From: Gammaproteobacteria bacterium
Lineage (GTDB): Bacteria; Pseudomonadota; Gammaproteobacteria; CBDBNL01; JAAOII01
DNA: 64,000 nucleotides
NCBI GenBank assembly: GCA_965209035.1
Contig: OZ242372.1
Location: 1,056,001 to 1,120,000, forward strand
Direction: 5' to 3'
The notes under the pieces were generated by a model. It ran no database searches. It saw nothing but the letters and a program-made list of their open reading frames with translations, and had not been told where the DNA came from. The number at the start of each line of letters is the position of its first letter. Positions within the stretch are counted from its first letter, which is position 1. A program made the position numbers and the translations under genes. Below, piece by piece: positions 10,437-20,397 of the stretch.

Positions 10437-11510
10437 TCATAAAACATATTGTAAAGCAAGCCAAACCGAAATGCATGCATATGTATGATCCCACCCATTT
10501 CTGGACTTTTTTTGTTTTTGCAAAAACTGGATTGGCGAGAGTTGTTTGAGAGCATAATGGGGACGTTCCAGATTATACCAAGCCAACCACTCGATGAGTT
10601 TGGCGTTGAATGCTGGCATATCCTTAACCAAGAGATGCCGCATATGACAACCGAACTCTTCCCAGAGAGTGCGATTAAACCGTTCGCAGTGTGCATTCAT
10701 TTGCGGTTTCCTTGGATAGGTATACCAGTGGGTGCTGCCGTTTGCGGTCACGACCCGGTGAAAGTCTTTGGCGAACTCACTGCCATTATCGGTGAGGACT
10801 TTTTCGATCCGAGTGCCGAGTATGTTTTGCATGGCGGTAAAGAGCTGGGCGGAACTGGCCGAAGCAGCCGAGGTGTCGACACTGACCAGTGAGAAGCGGG
10901 AAAATAGATCAATGCCGACATGCCAATAAAAGCGCCGGCCATCGACGATGCGGACGAGCGTATCAAAGGCAACACATTCACCTCTCCGGCCCGCAACAAA
11001 GCGGATGTCCTTGCGCTCGCGCGGAGCACCTTGCCGCAGGCGTTTCGGCACGGACCGCGATGGTTTGCACCGCATCTTATCCGGGTCATCGGCAATGATG
11101 CGAGAGAGCGTTGATTGGCTGGGCAGCGGCAGCCCGCGCTGCTGACACCATTCGGGTAACAAGCAGACCAGTTTACCGGCACCGATGTTCGGACGCTCTT
11201 GTCGCCAAGATCGGATCTTGGTAATCAGTGCCGGTGGCCAGGTGTTGGACCGCTTGGGCTGATACCCATAGTTGTTCGCCAGTTCATCGACCCCGCCTTC
11301 ACGGAAACGCCGCTGCCACTCGTAGAATGTAGCACGACTGATCCTGGCATGATCCAACGCGGCCGCGACACCATGTTTGCGCGCGAACGCTAAGGTGTCC
11401 AGTTTGATTTTGGTGGTTTTAGACATGTTTGAATATTTGTTTGCTAAAACCACCATTTTATTGAAACCGCGCACGCGATAACCAATGTAGTGTAAACGTG
11501 TTCCTCTCAT
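10437..11510 (-). CDS. DDE integrase-core transposase (IS481-like)
   Basis: N-terminal HTH (ISRATFYEWQRRF), AFDT, LTDNGSEF, PQMNAHCERFNRTL, YNLERPH. Confidence 0.9.
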   Translation of the reverse strand: MRGTRLHYIGYRVRGFNKMVVLANKYSNMSKTTKIKLDTLAFARKHGVAAALDHARISRATFYEWQRRFREGGVDELANNYGYQPKRSNTWPPALITKIRSWRQERPNIGAGKLVCLLPEWCQQRGLPLPSQSTLSRIIADDPDKMRCKPSRSVPKRLRQGAPRERKDIRFVAGRRGECVAFDTLVRIVDGRRFYWHVGIDLFSRFSLVSVDTSAASASSAQLFTAMQNILGTRIEKVLTDNGSEFAKDFHRVVTANGSTHWYTYPRKPQMNAHCERFNRTLWEEFGCHMRHLLVKDMPAFNAKLIEWLAWYNLERPHYALKQLSPIQFLQKQKKSRNGWDHTYACISVWLALQYVL

Positions 11511-11785
11511 TTCAAATCACCTCCGCGGTGCAGCCGCTCTCGCACACCGTACCGTCTTGCCAGCGGATACACCTAGACAGTTTTATCAACAACAAGCCTC
11601 CGCTGTCTGCGGCGGTGAGAGCAAAACAGCTATCCATCTTTCTTGCCCGTTTCATTCATCTAGCTCCACATACCGGAGACCCGTTGCCGGATCTATTTTC
11701 GACCCGTCCGACAGAACATCCGGCTGCTTGATCTGAGGACGCACAATACCAAACTCAGAGTCCAGAACCTTTATGAGATCATGCA
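10482..11785 (-). mobile_element. IS481-like insertion sequence, copy 1
   Basis: Imperfect terminal IRs TGCATGATCTCATAAAGGTTCTGGACT / TGTATGATCCCACCCATTTCTGGACT; 5-bp direct repeat GCATA at 10477-10481 and 11786-11790. Confidence 0.9.
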
Positions 11786-11898
11786 GCATAATCTTGTAAC
11801 ATCGGCGGGAATTAAATCCTGACCGCCACTTCCGTTGAAGACGCTTCTCAATGCGGCAATAAAAGGTCTAATTCCCTCCCCCCTAAAATAAGACAAGT

Positions 11899-13209
11899 AT
11901 GGAATATTTGAAACAGGGAAAAACCGCCGCCCAAAAGAATACGGCACAGGAAGAAGTGACCGCAACCGTCGGTGGCATCCTCAAAGACATTGAGGCTCGC
12001 GGCGACAAGGCGATTCGGGAATACTCGGCGCGGTTTGACAAGTGGTCGCCGGACTCCTTTTTGCTCGCCGCAGCGGAAATTAAAGATGCCATCTCGCGGG
12101 CGGACCCGCAGGATCTGCATGATATTGAATTCGCCCAACAGCAAATTCGCAACTTTGCCGAAAAACAAAAGGCAAGTATGCATGAAGTAATAGCGGAAAC
12201 TCTGCCGGGAGTCCGGCTGGGACACAAACACATTCCGATTGAGCGGGTCGGTTGCTATGTCCCGGGCGGCCGATATCCGATGATTGCCTCGGCGCATATG
12301 AGCACGGTGACGGCAAAGGTGGCTGGAGTGCGGCACATCATCGCCACAGCACCGCCGCAAGACGGCAGGCCGCATCCGCTGGTGGTGGCAGCCATGCACA
12401 TGGGAGGCGCCGACCATATTCTGACGCTCGGCGGTATTCAAGCCTTGGCGGCCATGGCCTTCGGCACGGCAGGCTTGCCACCCGCGGACATGCTGGTCGG
12501 GCCGGGCAATGCTTATGTGGCGGAAGCCAAGCGACAGCTGTTTGGCCGGGTAGGCATTGACCTGTTGGCGGGACCCACCGAGACACTGATTCTGGCGGAT
12601 GACAGCACGGACGGCGAGATTTGTGCCACAGACCTGCTGGGACAGGCCGAACACGGCCCCAATTCGCCCGCCATTTTGGTCACCGATTCCCGGCAACTGG
12701 CGGAGGACACCATAAGACAAGCCGAAAAACTTCTCGCCCGGATGCCAACCGGCGAAACGGCCGGCATCGCTTGGCGGGACTACGGCGAGGTCATCCTGTG
12801 CGAGAACAAACAAGAGATGTTGGATCTGGCAAACAAGATTGCCTCCGAGCATGTCCAGGTGATGACCGGGGACGATGATTATTTTCTCAACAATCTCACA
12901 AACTACGGGGCATTGTTTTTGGGGCAACGGACAAATGTCGCCTACGGCGACAAGGTGATTGGCACAAACCACACTCTGCCGACCGGGCGGGCGGCGCGCT
13001 ATACGGGCGGACTGTGGGTAGGCAAGTTTCTGAAAACCTGCACCTGGCAACGGGTGGAATCGGACGCGGCATCGGCGGAGATCGGCTCCTATTGTTCGCG
13101 CCTTTCCCTGATGGAAGGATTTGCCGGTCATGCCGAGCAGGCCAACATTCGTGTCCGGCGGTTCGGCGGCCGGCATGTCAAGCCCTACTCACCGGCACAA
13201 AAAGATTAA
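11899..13209 (+). CDS. Histidinol dehydrogenase-family paralog (HpsN-like NAD-dependent dehydrogenase)
   Basis: [54 protein letters not shown]; no his genes nearby. Confidence 0.85.
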   Translation: MEYLKQGKTAAQKNTAQEEVTATVGGILKDIEARGDKAIREYSARFDKWSPDSFLLAAAEIKDAISRADPQDLHDIEFAQQQIRNFAEKQKASMHEVIAETLPGVRLGHKHIPIERVGCYVPGGRYPMIASAHMSTVTAKVAGVRHIIATAPPQDGRPHPLVVAAMHMGGADHILTLGGIQALAAMAFGTAGLPPADMLVGPGNAYVAEAKRQLFGRVGIDLLAGPTETLILADDSTDGEICATDLLGQAEHGPNSPAILVTDSRQLAEDTIRQAEKLLARMPTGETAGIAWRDYGEVILCENKQEMLDLANKIASEHVQVMTGDDDYFLNNLTNYGALFLGQRTNVAYGDKVIGTNHTLPTGRAARYTGGLWVGKFLKTCTWQRVESDAASAEIGSYCSRLSLMEGFAGHAEQANIRVRRFGGRHVKPYSPAQKD

Positions 13210-13216
13210 TTAACGG

Positions 13217-13981
13217 ATGCGGCTGCCGCAAACACCGTCAAACCGATTGGACGGACAACGGGCGTTGGTTACAGGCGCGGGCGGCGGGTTGGGTTTGGCG
13301 GCGGCAACCGCCCTGGCGCGGGCGGGAGCGGAAGTGACCCTGGCGGGCCGCACCGGCGGCAAGTTGGATGCGGCCGTTACGGCACTAAAAGACGAAGGGT
13401 TGGCGGCGCAATCTCTGGTGCTGGATGTCACCGACACCCGACAAGTCCGACAGACGATTGCCGGCCTGCCGGCCTTCTCCGTGCTGGTGAACAATGCCGG
13501 CACCAATGTCCCCGCCACTTTTACCGATGTCCGCGCCGAGGACTTTGATCGGATGATGCTGCTCAATGTTCGCGCCGCTTTTTTTGTCGCCCTGGCGGTC
13601 ACGCAAACAATGATCCGGGACAAGATACCCGGTTCGGTCATCAACATATCTTCGCAGATGGGACATGTGGGCGGCCGCAATCGCAGTGTTTACTGCGCGA
13701 CCAAGCATGCGATGGAAGGATGGACCAAAGCCGCGGCCTTAGACCTCGCCCCATACAACATCCGCGTCAATACCCTCTGCCCGACCTTCGTCCGCACTCC
13801 GCTGACGGAAGGAATGCTAAAAGATGCGAACTTCGCCGAGGATGTCCTTTCAAAAATTGCCCTCGGGCGGGTCGGCGAAACCGCCGACATCATGGGGGCG
13901 GTGGTTTACCTGGCTTCGGCCGGGGCTTCCCTGGTGACCGGCAGTGCCTTAAAAGTGGACGGCGGCTGGACGGCAGTATGA
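13217..13981 (+). CDS. SDR family oxidoreductase
   Basis: TGAGGGLG, NNAG, ISSQMG, YCATK, DGGW. Confidence 0.93.
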   Translation: MRLPQTPSNRLDGQRALVTGAGGGLGLAAATALARAGAEVTLAGRTGGKLDAAVTALKDEGLAAQSLVLDVTDTRQVRQTIAGLPAFSVLVNNAGTNVPATFTDVRAEDFDRMMLLNVRAAFFVALAVTQTMIRDKIPGSVINISSQMGHVGGRNRSVYCATKHAMEGWTKAAALDLAPYNIRVNTLCPTFVRTPLTEGMLKDANFAEDVLSKIALGRVGETADIMGAVVYLASAGASLVTGSALKVDGGWTAV

Positions 13982-13983
13982 TA

Positions 13984-14176
13984 TCCTGTCAAAAATTGCC
14001 CTCGGGCGGGGCGGCGAAACCGTCAACCCTCCCATATCTTTGGGGCGGTGATTTTAATGACTCTATGGCTCACCCGGCTTCGGATGAGGACTTCGGCCGG
14101 GGCTTCCCCGGTGACCGGCAATGCCTTGCCTTAAGTGCCTAACTTAAAAGTGGACGGCGGCCGGACGGCCGTATAA
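13984..14176 (+). pseudogene. Degenerate duplicate of the SDR 3' end
   Basis: TCAAAAATTGCCCTCGGGCGGG.., CTTCGGCCGGGGCTTCCC.GGTGACCGGCA.TGCCTT and TTAAAAGTGGACGGCGG match 13850-13980. Confidence 0.75.
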
Positions 14177-14186
14177 GGCGTATTTG

Positions 14187-14914
14187 GATGCCCGAATTAA
14201 ACTTTTAATAAACTCTTAAATTACAAACTACAAACTAAAACCGAAAACTGATAACGATGAAGACACAACACGCAAAACAGCGGGAGCATATCATTCGCAT
14301 CACCGAAGAGATATGGGAGAACCGAAGCCTGGATAAGGTTGGCACGCACTATGCGGATGATGTGGTGATACACACACCGCTCGGACAGACGCTCGGCTCG
14401 GCCGGCATGACCGACAGCACAAGGTGTATATAAGATGCCCGAATTAAACTTTTAATAAACTCTTAAATTACAAACTACAAACTAAAACCGAAAACTGATA
14501 ACGATGAAGACACAACACGCAAAACAGCGGGAGCATATCATTCGCATCACCGAAGAGATATGGGAGAACCGAAACCTGGATAAGGTTGGCACGCACTATG
14601 CGGAGGATGTGGTGATACACACACCGCTCGGACAGACGCGCGGCTCGGCCGGCATGACCGACAGCACAAGGTGTATATAAGATACCCGGATTAAATTTTT
14701 AATAAACTCTTAAATTACAAACTACAAACTACAAACCGAAAACTGATAACGATGAAGACACAACACGCAAAACAACGGGAGCATATCATTCGCATCACCG
14801 AAGAGATATGGGAGAACCGAAACCTGGATAAGGTTGGCACGCACTATACGGAGGATGTGGTGATACACACACCGCTCGGACAGACGCGCGGCTCGGCCGG
14901 CATGACCGACAGCA
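14187..14914 (+). repeat. 247-bp tandem triplication of the leader and 5' end of the SnoaL-like gene
   Basis: Units start at 14187, 14434 and 14681; the first two give truncated 58-aa ORFs (14257-14433, 14504-14680). Confidence 0.95.
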
Positions 14915-15828
14915 CCGCCGAGATGCTGCACAGCTTTCCGGACAGGCGATTACTGCCGCAGGAAATTATCCTCAGCGAGAACAAAAACAAATGGCATTCG
15001 TCCCACCGCATCATCTCCGTGATGCATGCGCGCGGGGCGAGCATCAGCGAACCGGCAACCAACACGCGCGTGCGTGTGCATACCATCGCCGACTGCGCCC
15101 TGACAGAGGATAACCGCATTTACGAAGAATGGCTGGTGCGCGACCATTTGGCGATCTGCCGGCAACTGGGGCAAGACCCGAACACACATGTCAAAGAGCG
15201 GATCACCCAAGAAGCACAATCGGACGGCAGTAGTTTCATACGCTGGGGTGCCGGCGGTCCGAAACTTCTGAGGATTAATAGCATCGGGCAAAATAAGTTG
15301 ATTAAAAGAGAACTATTGGAAACAACGCTGCGCTTTCCGCCGACCAAACGACGTCAAGAATTCGCCGGCCCGCCCATCAGCGAAACAGCCGAAAAGACCC
15401 AAAACGCATATGCGGACTTTTTCCGCTCGGTTTTCATCGAGGCACGCTTTGCCGAAATTCCAAAAATGTATCATCCCGCCTGTTCCTTGTTCCTGCCCGG
15501 CGGGGTATGTGACTACGGACAGGATGCAGCCGATGCATTTTTTATGGGCTATGTGGGGTCCTTGTCGGCAAGAGAGTTTCACATCCAACACATGAGTGCC
15601 AACGAAGAGGCGGGACTGCCGCTGCGCATGAGCATGCGTTGGGCCCTGTCCGGCCGGCACACCGGCAACGGCAGGTTTGGGCCGCCGAGCGGGGCGAAAG
15701 TATCCGTTCTCGGCATTTCCCATGCCAACTTCTATGACGGACAGGTGATCGCCGAATGGAACCTCGTCGACGAGATCGCCATCCTGGCTCAAATTGAAGC
15801 GTTTAAGATGGCGAAAACTGCGACCTGA
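14752..15828 (+). CDS. SnoaL/ester cyclase-like (tandem NTF2-fold) protein
   Basis: ITEEIWENR..YTEDVVIH, SFPDRRL, IYEEWLVRD; second domain RWALSGRHTGNGRFGPPSG..GISH..EWNLVDE. Confidence 0.8.
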   Translation: MKTQHAKQREHIIRITEEIWENRNLDKVGTHYTEDVVIHTPLGQTRGSAGMTDSTAEMLHSFPDRRLLPQEIILSENKNKWHSSHRIISVMHARGASISEPATNTRVRVHTIADCALTEDNRIYEEWLVRDHLAICRQLGQDPNTHVKERITQEAQSDGSSFIRWGAGGPKLLRINSIGQNKLIKRELLETTLRFPPTKRRQEFAGPPISETAEKTQNAYADFFRSVFIEARFAEIPKMYHPACSLFLPGGVCDYGQDAADAFFMGYVGSLSAREFHIQHMSANEEAGLPLRMSMRWALSGRHTGNGRFGPPSGAKVSVLGISHANFYDGQVIAEWNLVDEIAILAQIEAFKMAKTAT

Positions 15829-16384
15829 ACAACTGAACGACCTGACGAGATAGCATGAAACGCCGCGGCGGCGCAAGATGGCACAAGGCGGCACAAGGCT
15901 GCGGCGGCTGACACAGAACAATTCGTCTTCATCTCCTCGTCCTTATCTATGCACGCCTCTGTCCGGGGCATCTATGGCAATAGTGATAATAGGACCTGAT
16001 AAACCAAAACACCGTTCCGGTATTTAACAAGTCATAACGCAATAGCATTAAATGCCGCGGCGGCACAAGATGGCGGCTGACACAGGACAATTCGTCTTCG
16101 TCTCTCCGTCCCCATTAGGGGCTATTAATATAAGTAAGCCGTTTGCTCGGACTTCTTTATCCGGGGAGGGGAAAGGAGAAAAGTGAGAGATGACCTCGCT
16201 TGTTTATTGGGTTTCTTGGTTGTCCCGGACTTCTCCGCTTCGAAGAGCGAAGAAAAGACGAAGTTTCCGGCGGCTGACCATGCAGACCGGAGGCTGGTAT
16301 TGTGTGCTGTTAAAAAAATCCCGGACACGGATGAAGGAGGAATCATCCGGCCCGGGAAAACTTTTCCCTTTATTTTATCTTGCC

Positions 16385-18397
16385 TTAAGGCGTTGTTGGT
16401 CTTTGGGCTTCCGTGCCGCCGGGAACACAATTCAGGGCAGGGTATTGCTCGGAAGTGCCGAGATCCCAAACGCGGATGAAAGGGTCACCTGGCCCGGCAT
16501 CGTCAGAAGATTCCATCACTTCGCCCGTATCCGGATCACACCAGAAATTACCCCAGGTCGCGTAAATAGTGTTGGCAAAGCCGCGATCTTCGTCACTGAT
16601 CCTCGCCGGCATTTGCAGTTCAGCCGTGGTTAAACCCGGTTCCTGCTGACTGGCATTGACACCTGTGGTGTCCGTGTCCCAATAAGAAACACTTATTACC
16701 GTATTTGCGTCATCAGATCCTATTAATCCGCCGACCCCATCACCACCGGACACATTGCCAAGGGCCACATAAGAATAATCAATCTTTACCGACCCGCCGG
16801 ATGCAGTTCTTCCTATGAGTCCGCCAATGTTGCCGCCACCGCTAATTTTGCCACCGAGCGCATAAGAATGGGTAATATTTGCCGCCAATTTGACGAATCC
16901 TATTAATCCACCGCTGTTGAAGCCATTGGGAGCATGACTGGTAACGATAACGTTGGTCACATAAGAAGAAGTCACCTTAGCGGAAGTAGTCTCTCCTATT
17001 AATCCGCCCACGTTTGCTAAAGAAGCGGAAAGATTAGCATTGGCTACATAAGAAGCAATAATCTCAACTCCGTCCCCGAGTCCGACCAGTCCGCCCACAC
17101 TTTCTCTTCCCTCTACACGGCTGTCTTTAACGATGGATCGGAAGATCGTGGCGTCTGAGGCATCGCCGGCGAGAGCCCCCAAATTTTCACTGACTTCATT
17201 TCCCAAAACGACTCCCGAAACCGCAATATTTATAAAGGTGCCGTTAACACCATAACCAACTAACAAGCCTGTATTCTGATTTTCATCGCGACCGGTGACA
17301 CGCACACGCGCGTCGACCAGGTTCAAGTTGCGCACCGTGCCGTTGAATGCGGCAAACAGCCCGGTCCCATACACGTGACCACCGGGAATGGAAATGAACA
17401 GATTGGAAATGTTATGGTGATTGCCTTCAAAAATACCGCTATAAGATCTATAAGCTTCACAAGCTCTGCTATCCTCATCCGTGCAAGAGCCGATCGGTGT
17501 CCAACCACTGCCACTGCTGTCCGTCCAGGCAACCATATTGGCATTGTTCTCGTCGGCATAGGAACCTGCATCACTGAAATCGAGCGAACGCATCAATTCG
17601 TAACCGATACAGCCGTCGGCCGGGCAGCCCATAGATTCTTCCACGGTAATGGTGTCGTTATTGCCATCATCCGCCCCATCGCCATTCAAGTCATCGCGCA
17701 GCAGGGCTAACGCGTCCAGAGTGCGAATCTCGATCAAGCCGTCACCGTCATAGTCCGAATCTTCCGCATTCATAACACCATCTTCATCAAAATCATTCGG
17801 ATTCGGGGCAGTCATTGCCGGTTCAGGATTTGAAGCCGCGGGATCGCCACTCTCGTAAAGCACCGTAATTATGATGTTGTAGGTGACGCGATAGGTTAGA
17901 TTCGTAATGGTGTATCTATTATCCGAAGCACCGGATGAAAGATTCACTGCGGGATCAGTCCCATTGTTAAGTTCTGCGAAGCCTCCATCGTCCTCATCGG
18001 CGGCATTGACCCAACTCACATTGAACCCGGTAATACCCGCCTGATTCGGATTCGTCCAACGCACGGTAATGTTATTCCCACTGACTGTGGTATCGAATCC
18101 AGAAACAGCCCGAGAAGGGGGATTGGGAGAAGTGGAACCGCCACCACCGCCACCACAACCGGCAAGAAGCAAAGTCGGTATACCCAACAGCAGAATAGTA
18201 CATACCAAACGAGTTTGTCGTTTCATCCGCCGGAATACACGAGAAGCTGCCGTTAAAGACAACGCAATTCGCCCAACAAACGACTTCAAAAAAATATTTG
18301 GAACATTATTAAAGATCCGGGCGAATGCCGGGTGTGATTGTTGACCGCGTGTTCCTCTCGCCGACCAAACAAATAAAAGGTTGAGTTTACTCATCAT
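16385..18397 (-). CDS. Surface lipoprotein: Fn3 + DxDGDG Ca-binding + GLUG-like repeats
   Basis: LLAGC+polyGly, VRWTNP, GLIEIRTLD, GYELMRSLDF, GGLIG/SYV repeats, SYWDTDTTG, WDLG..YPALNC. Confidence 0.8.
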   Translation of the reverse strand: MMSKLNLLFVWSARGTRGQQSHPAFARIFNNVPNIFLKSFVGRIALSLTAASRVFRRMKRQTRLVCTILLLGIPTLLLAGCGGGGGGSTSPNPPSRAVSGFDTTVSGNNITVRWTNPNQAGITGFNVSWVNAADEDDGGFAELNNGTDPAVNLSSGASDNRYTITNLTYRVTYNIIITVLYESGDPAASNPEPAMTAPNPNDFDEDGVMNAEDSDYDGDGLIEIRTLDALALLRDDLNGDGADDGNNDTITVEESMGCPADGCIGYELMRSLDFSDAGSYADENNANMVAWTDSSGSGWTPIGSCTDEDSRACEAYRSYSGIFEGNHHNISNLFISIPGGHVYGTGLFAAFNGTVRNLNLVDARVRVTGRDENQNTGLLVGYGVNGTFINIAVSGVVLGNEVSENLGALAGDASDATIFRSIVKDSRVEGRESVGGLVGLGDGVEIIASYVANANLSASLANVGGLIGETTSAKVTSSYVTNVIVTSHAPNGFNSGGLIGFVKLAANITHSYALGGKISGGGNIGGLIGRTASGGSVKIDYSYVALGNVSGGDGVGGLIGSDDANTVISVSYWDTDTTGVNASQQEPGLTTAELQMPARISDEDRGFANTIYATWGNFWCDPDTGEVMESSDDAGPGDPFIRVWDLGTSEQYPALNCVPGGTEAQRPTTP

Positions 18398-18704
18398 ATT
18401 TTTATGTTTAATTTAATAGTGTTAATTTGTAAAATAAAAAATTCCATAGTTCTCTAATTATAACACCAATTTCCAAAATAAGATCCCTATTTTTTCATTT
18501 TTAACTTAAAACTCCGGTTCCTCAAAATAGGGGCGGCAGCCGGCTACCCTATCCCAATTTTTCCTTTCAGCTTGCTTATTTAAAGGATAAGTAAGTAAAT
18601 CTATGACAAAACAGGCGGCGACGCCGGCACAAGCCGCAGCGCACTCGGTATGTTAATTGCCGCACCACTCACCGCGACAAAAACCAAAGCAGATTTTAGC
18701 TGCC

Positions 18705-19526
18705 TTAGGGTGTTGCTCGGCCTTGGGGTCCCAGACCGCCGGGCACACAGTTCAAGGCGGGGTATTGAGTTGTCGCCCCAAGATCCCAAACATATTCGGT
18801 AAAACGGCTATTCGCCGGTATCACTCCGTCAGAAGATTCCATGACATCGCCCGTGTCCGGATCACACACGAAATTACCCCAGGCCGCGTAAATGGTGCGG
18901 GCAAAGCCGCCACTCGCGCTCGGCATTTGCAATTGGATTGTGGTTCTGCCTTCTCCCTTGTTATTGCCCGCGCCGGCAGACCTGTCTGCGATGTTCGTGT
19001 CCCAATAAGAAGCATTTATCGTAACGGACTCACCGAATCCTATTAGGCCTCCTATATTGGAAGAACCGGACAGGCTGCCGCCGGCCACATAAGAATAACG
19101 GACCTCGGCACGGAAGCCATCCCCTATGAGTCCGCCCACTTCGGCAGAGCCATTGATATGATTACCGAGCGCATAGGAATGCCCAATATCCGCTTGTTCA
19201 CCGGCTCCTATGAAACCGCCGACATAAAAAGAAGAGCCACTGACCTTGCTGTTTGCCACATAAGAGGATCTGATATTTGCCGCATCGCCGATTCCTATGA
19301 CGCCGCCGACAGAAGAAGAGCCGTTCACATCGCTGTCTGCCACATAAGCCCGCCTAATCCTTACCGCCACACCGCCGCCGATGAATCCGCCGACAAAGAA
19401 ATCCCCGGTTACATTGCCATCCATCACATAAGAATTACTCATCTCGGCACGCGAGCCGTGCCCGACCAGACCGCCTACAAACTGAGAACCATTGATATCG
19501 CCGTCGATCGCAATGACCCCGATGGC
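18705..19526 (-). pseudogene. C-terminal-only fragment of a GLUG-repeat lipoprotein
   Basis: Open frame homologous to paralogs up to IGVIAIDG.. at ~19523; no signal peptide or Fn3; intact conserved C-terminus. Confidence 0.7.
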
Positions 19527-20108
19527 GGATTAATAGAGTTCAGCGGGTTCGGCAACTCAGCAACTATTAGTTACTCTTATGTGATCGGCAGCAACGTATC
19601 CTCTACTTCCGGCTCTGCGGGCGGATTAATAGGATACGGTGCCGGAGGGATCATTAGGCACTCTTATGTGGCTGATACGAGTATAACAACATTCCGTGAC
19701 TTCGTGGGCGGCTTAATAGGGTTCAGCATCTCAGCAACTATTAGTTACTCTTATGTGGTCGGCGGCAGTGTATCCGGTCTTGCCGACGTAGGCGGATTAA
19801 GAGGTTTGGGCACTTCTCCGGTAAATGCCTCTTATTGGAATACGACCGCCACAGGCCGGGAGGGCGGCGGCGAAAGTAAAACCAAAGAGGAATTGCAAAT
19901 GCCGTCCACGACCAGCGGCGTTGCCGGGAGCATCTATGAGGTCTGGGGTAACTTCTGGTGTGATCCGGACACGGGGGAAGAGGTGGAAGCCGCAACCCGG
20001 CCGGACGGGTTTTTATCAGTTTGGAATCTTGGCACTGACGAGGAATACCCGGCCTTGAATTGTGTAGTCGGCGGCCTGGAGCCGCAAGGCAGAACACCCA
20101 CACCTTAA
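19524..20108 (+). pseudogene. C-terminal-only fragment of a GLUG-repeat lipoprotein
   Basis: Homology starts abruptly at GGLIEFSG; ends with conserved WGNFWCDPDTG..YPALNC; upstream part of the ORF call is antisense of the neighbouring fragment. Confidence 0.7.
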
Positions 20109-20397
20109 GCCTGCGGATGCGGGTTCTGCCTGCCGAAACAACTCCGGCCGGTTTGGTGCGGGTTCGGTGCGGACATAAACACAAACACACAGAGTCCAAA
20201 ACCGGATGGGATCGGACAAAATAAGGTTATAATGAAAAGAGAAGGAACATATGATTCCTTTATAAAAATAAAAATGCATAACTATTAAAAAAAGATGATG
20301 AACAAGTTGAACTTTTTTCCTGTTCGGTCGGTGCAAGAAATACACTGCCGGCAAAGACGCCCGAAATTCGCGTGTCTCCTTTAATAACTTCAATGCA

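Noticed and set aside
11848-13176. 442-aa minus-strand ORF
   Set aside because: Antisense shadow of the HisD-family gene; no motifs.
11899-13209. Canonical hisD assignment
   Set aside because: No his operon context, and GDK..GTNH features resemble the HpsN-like paralogs; gene symbol withheld.
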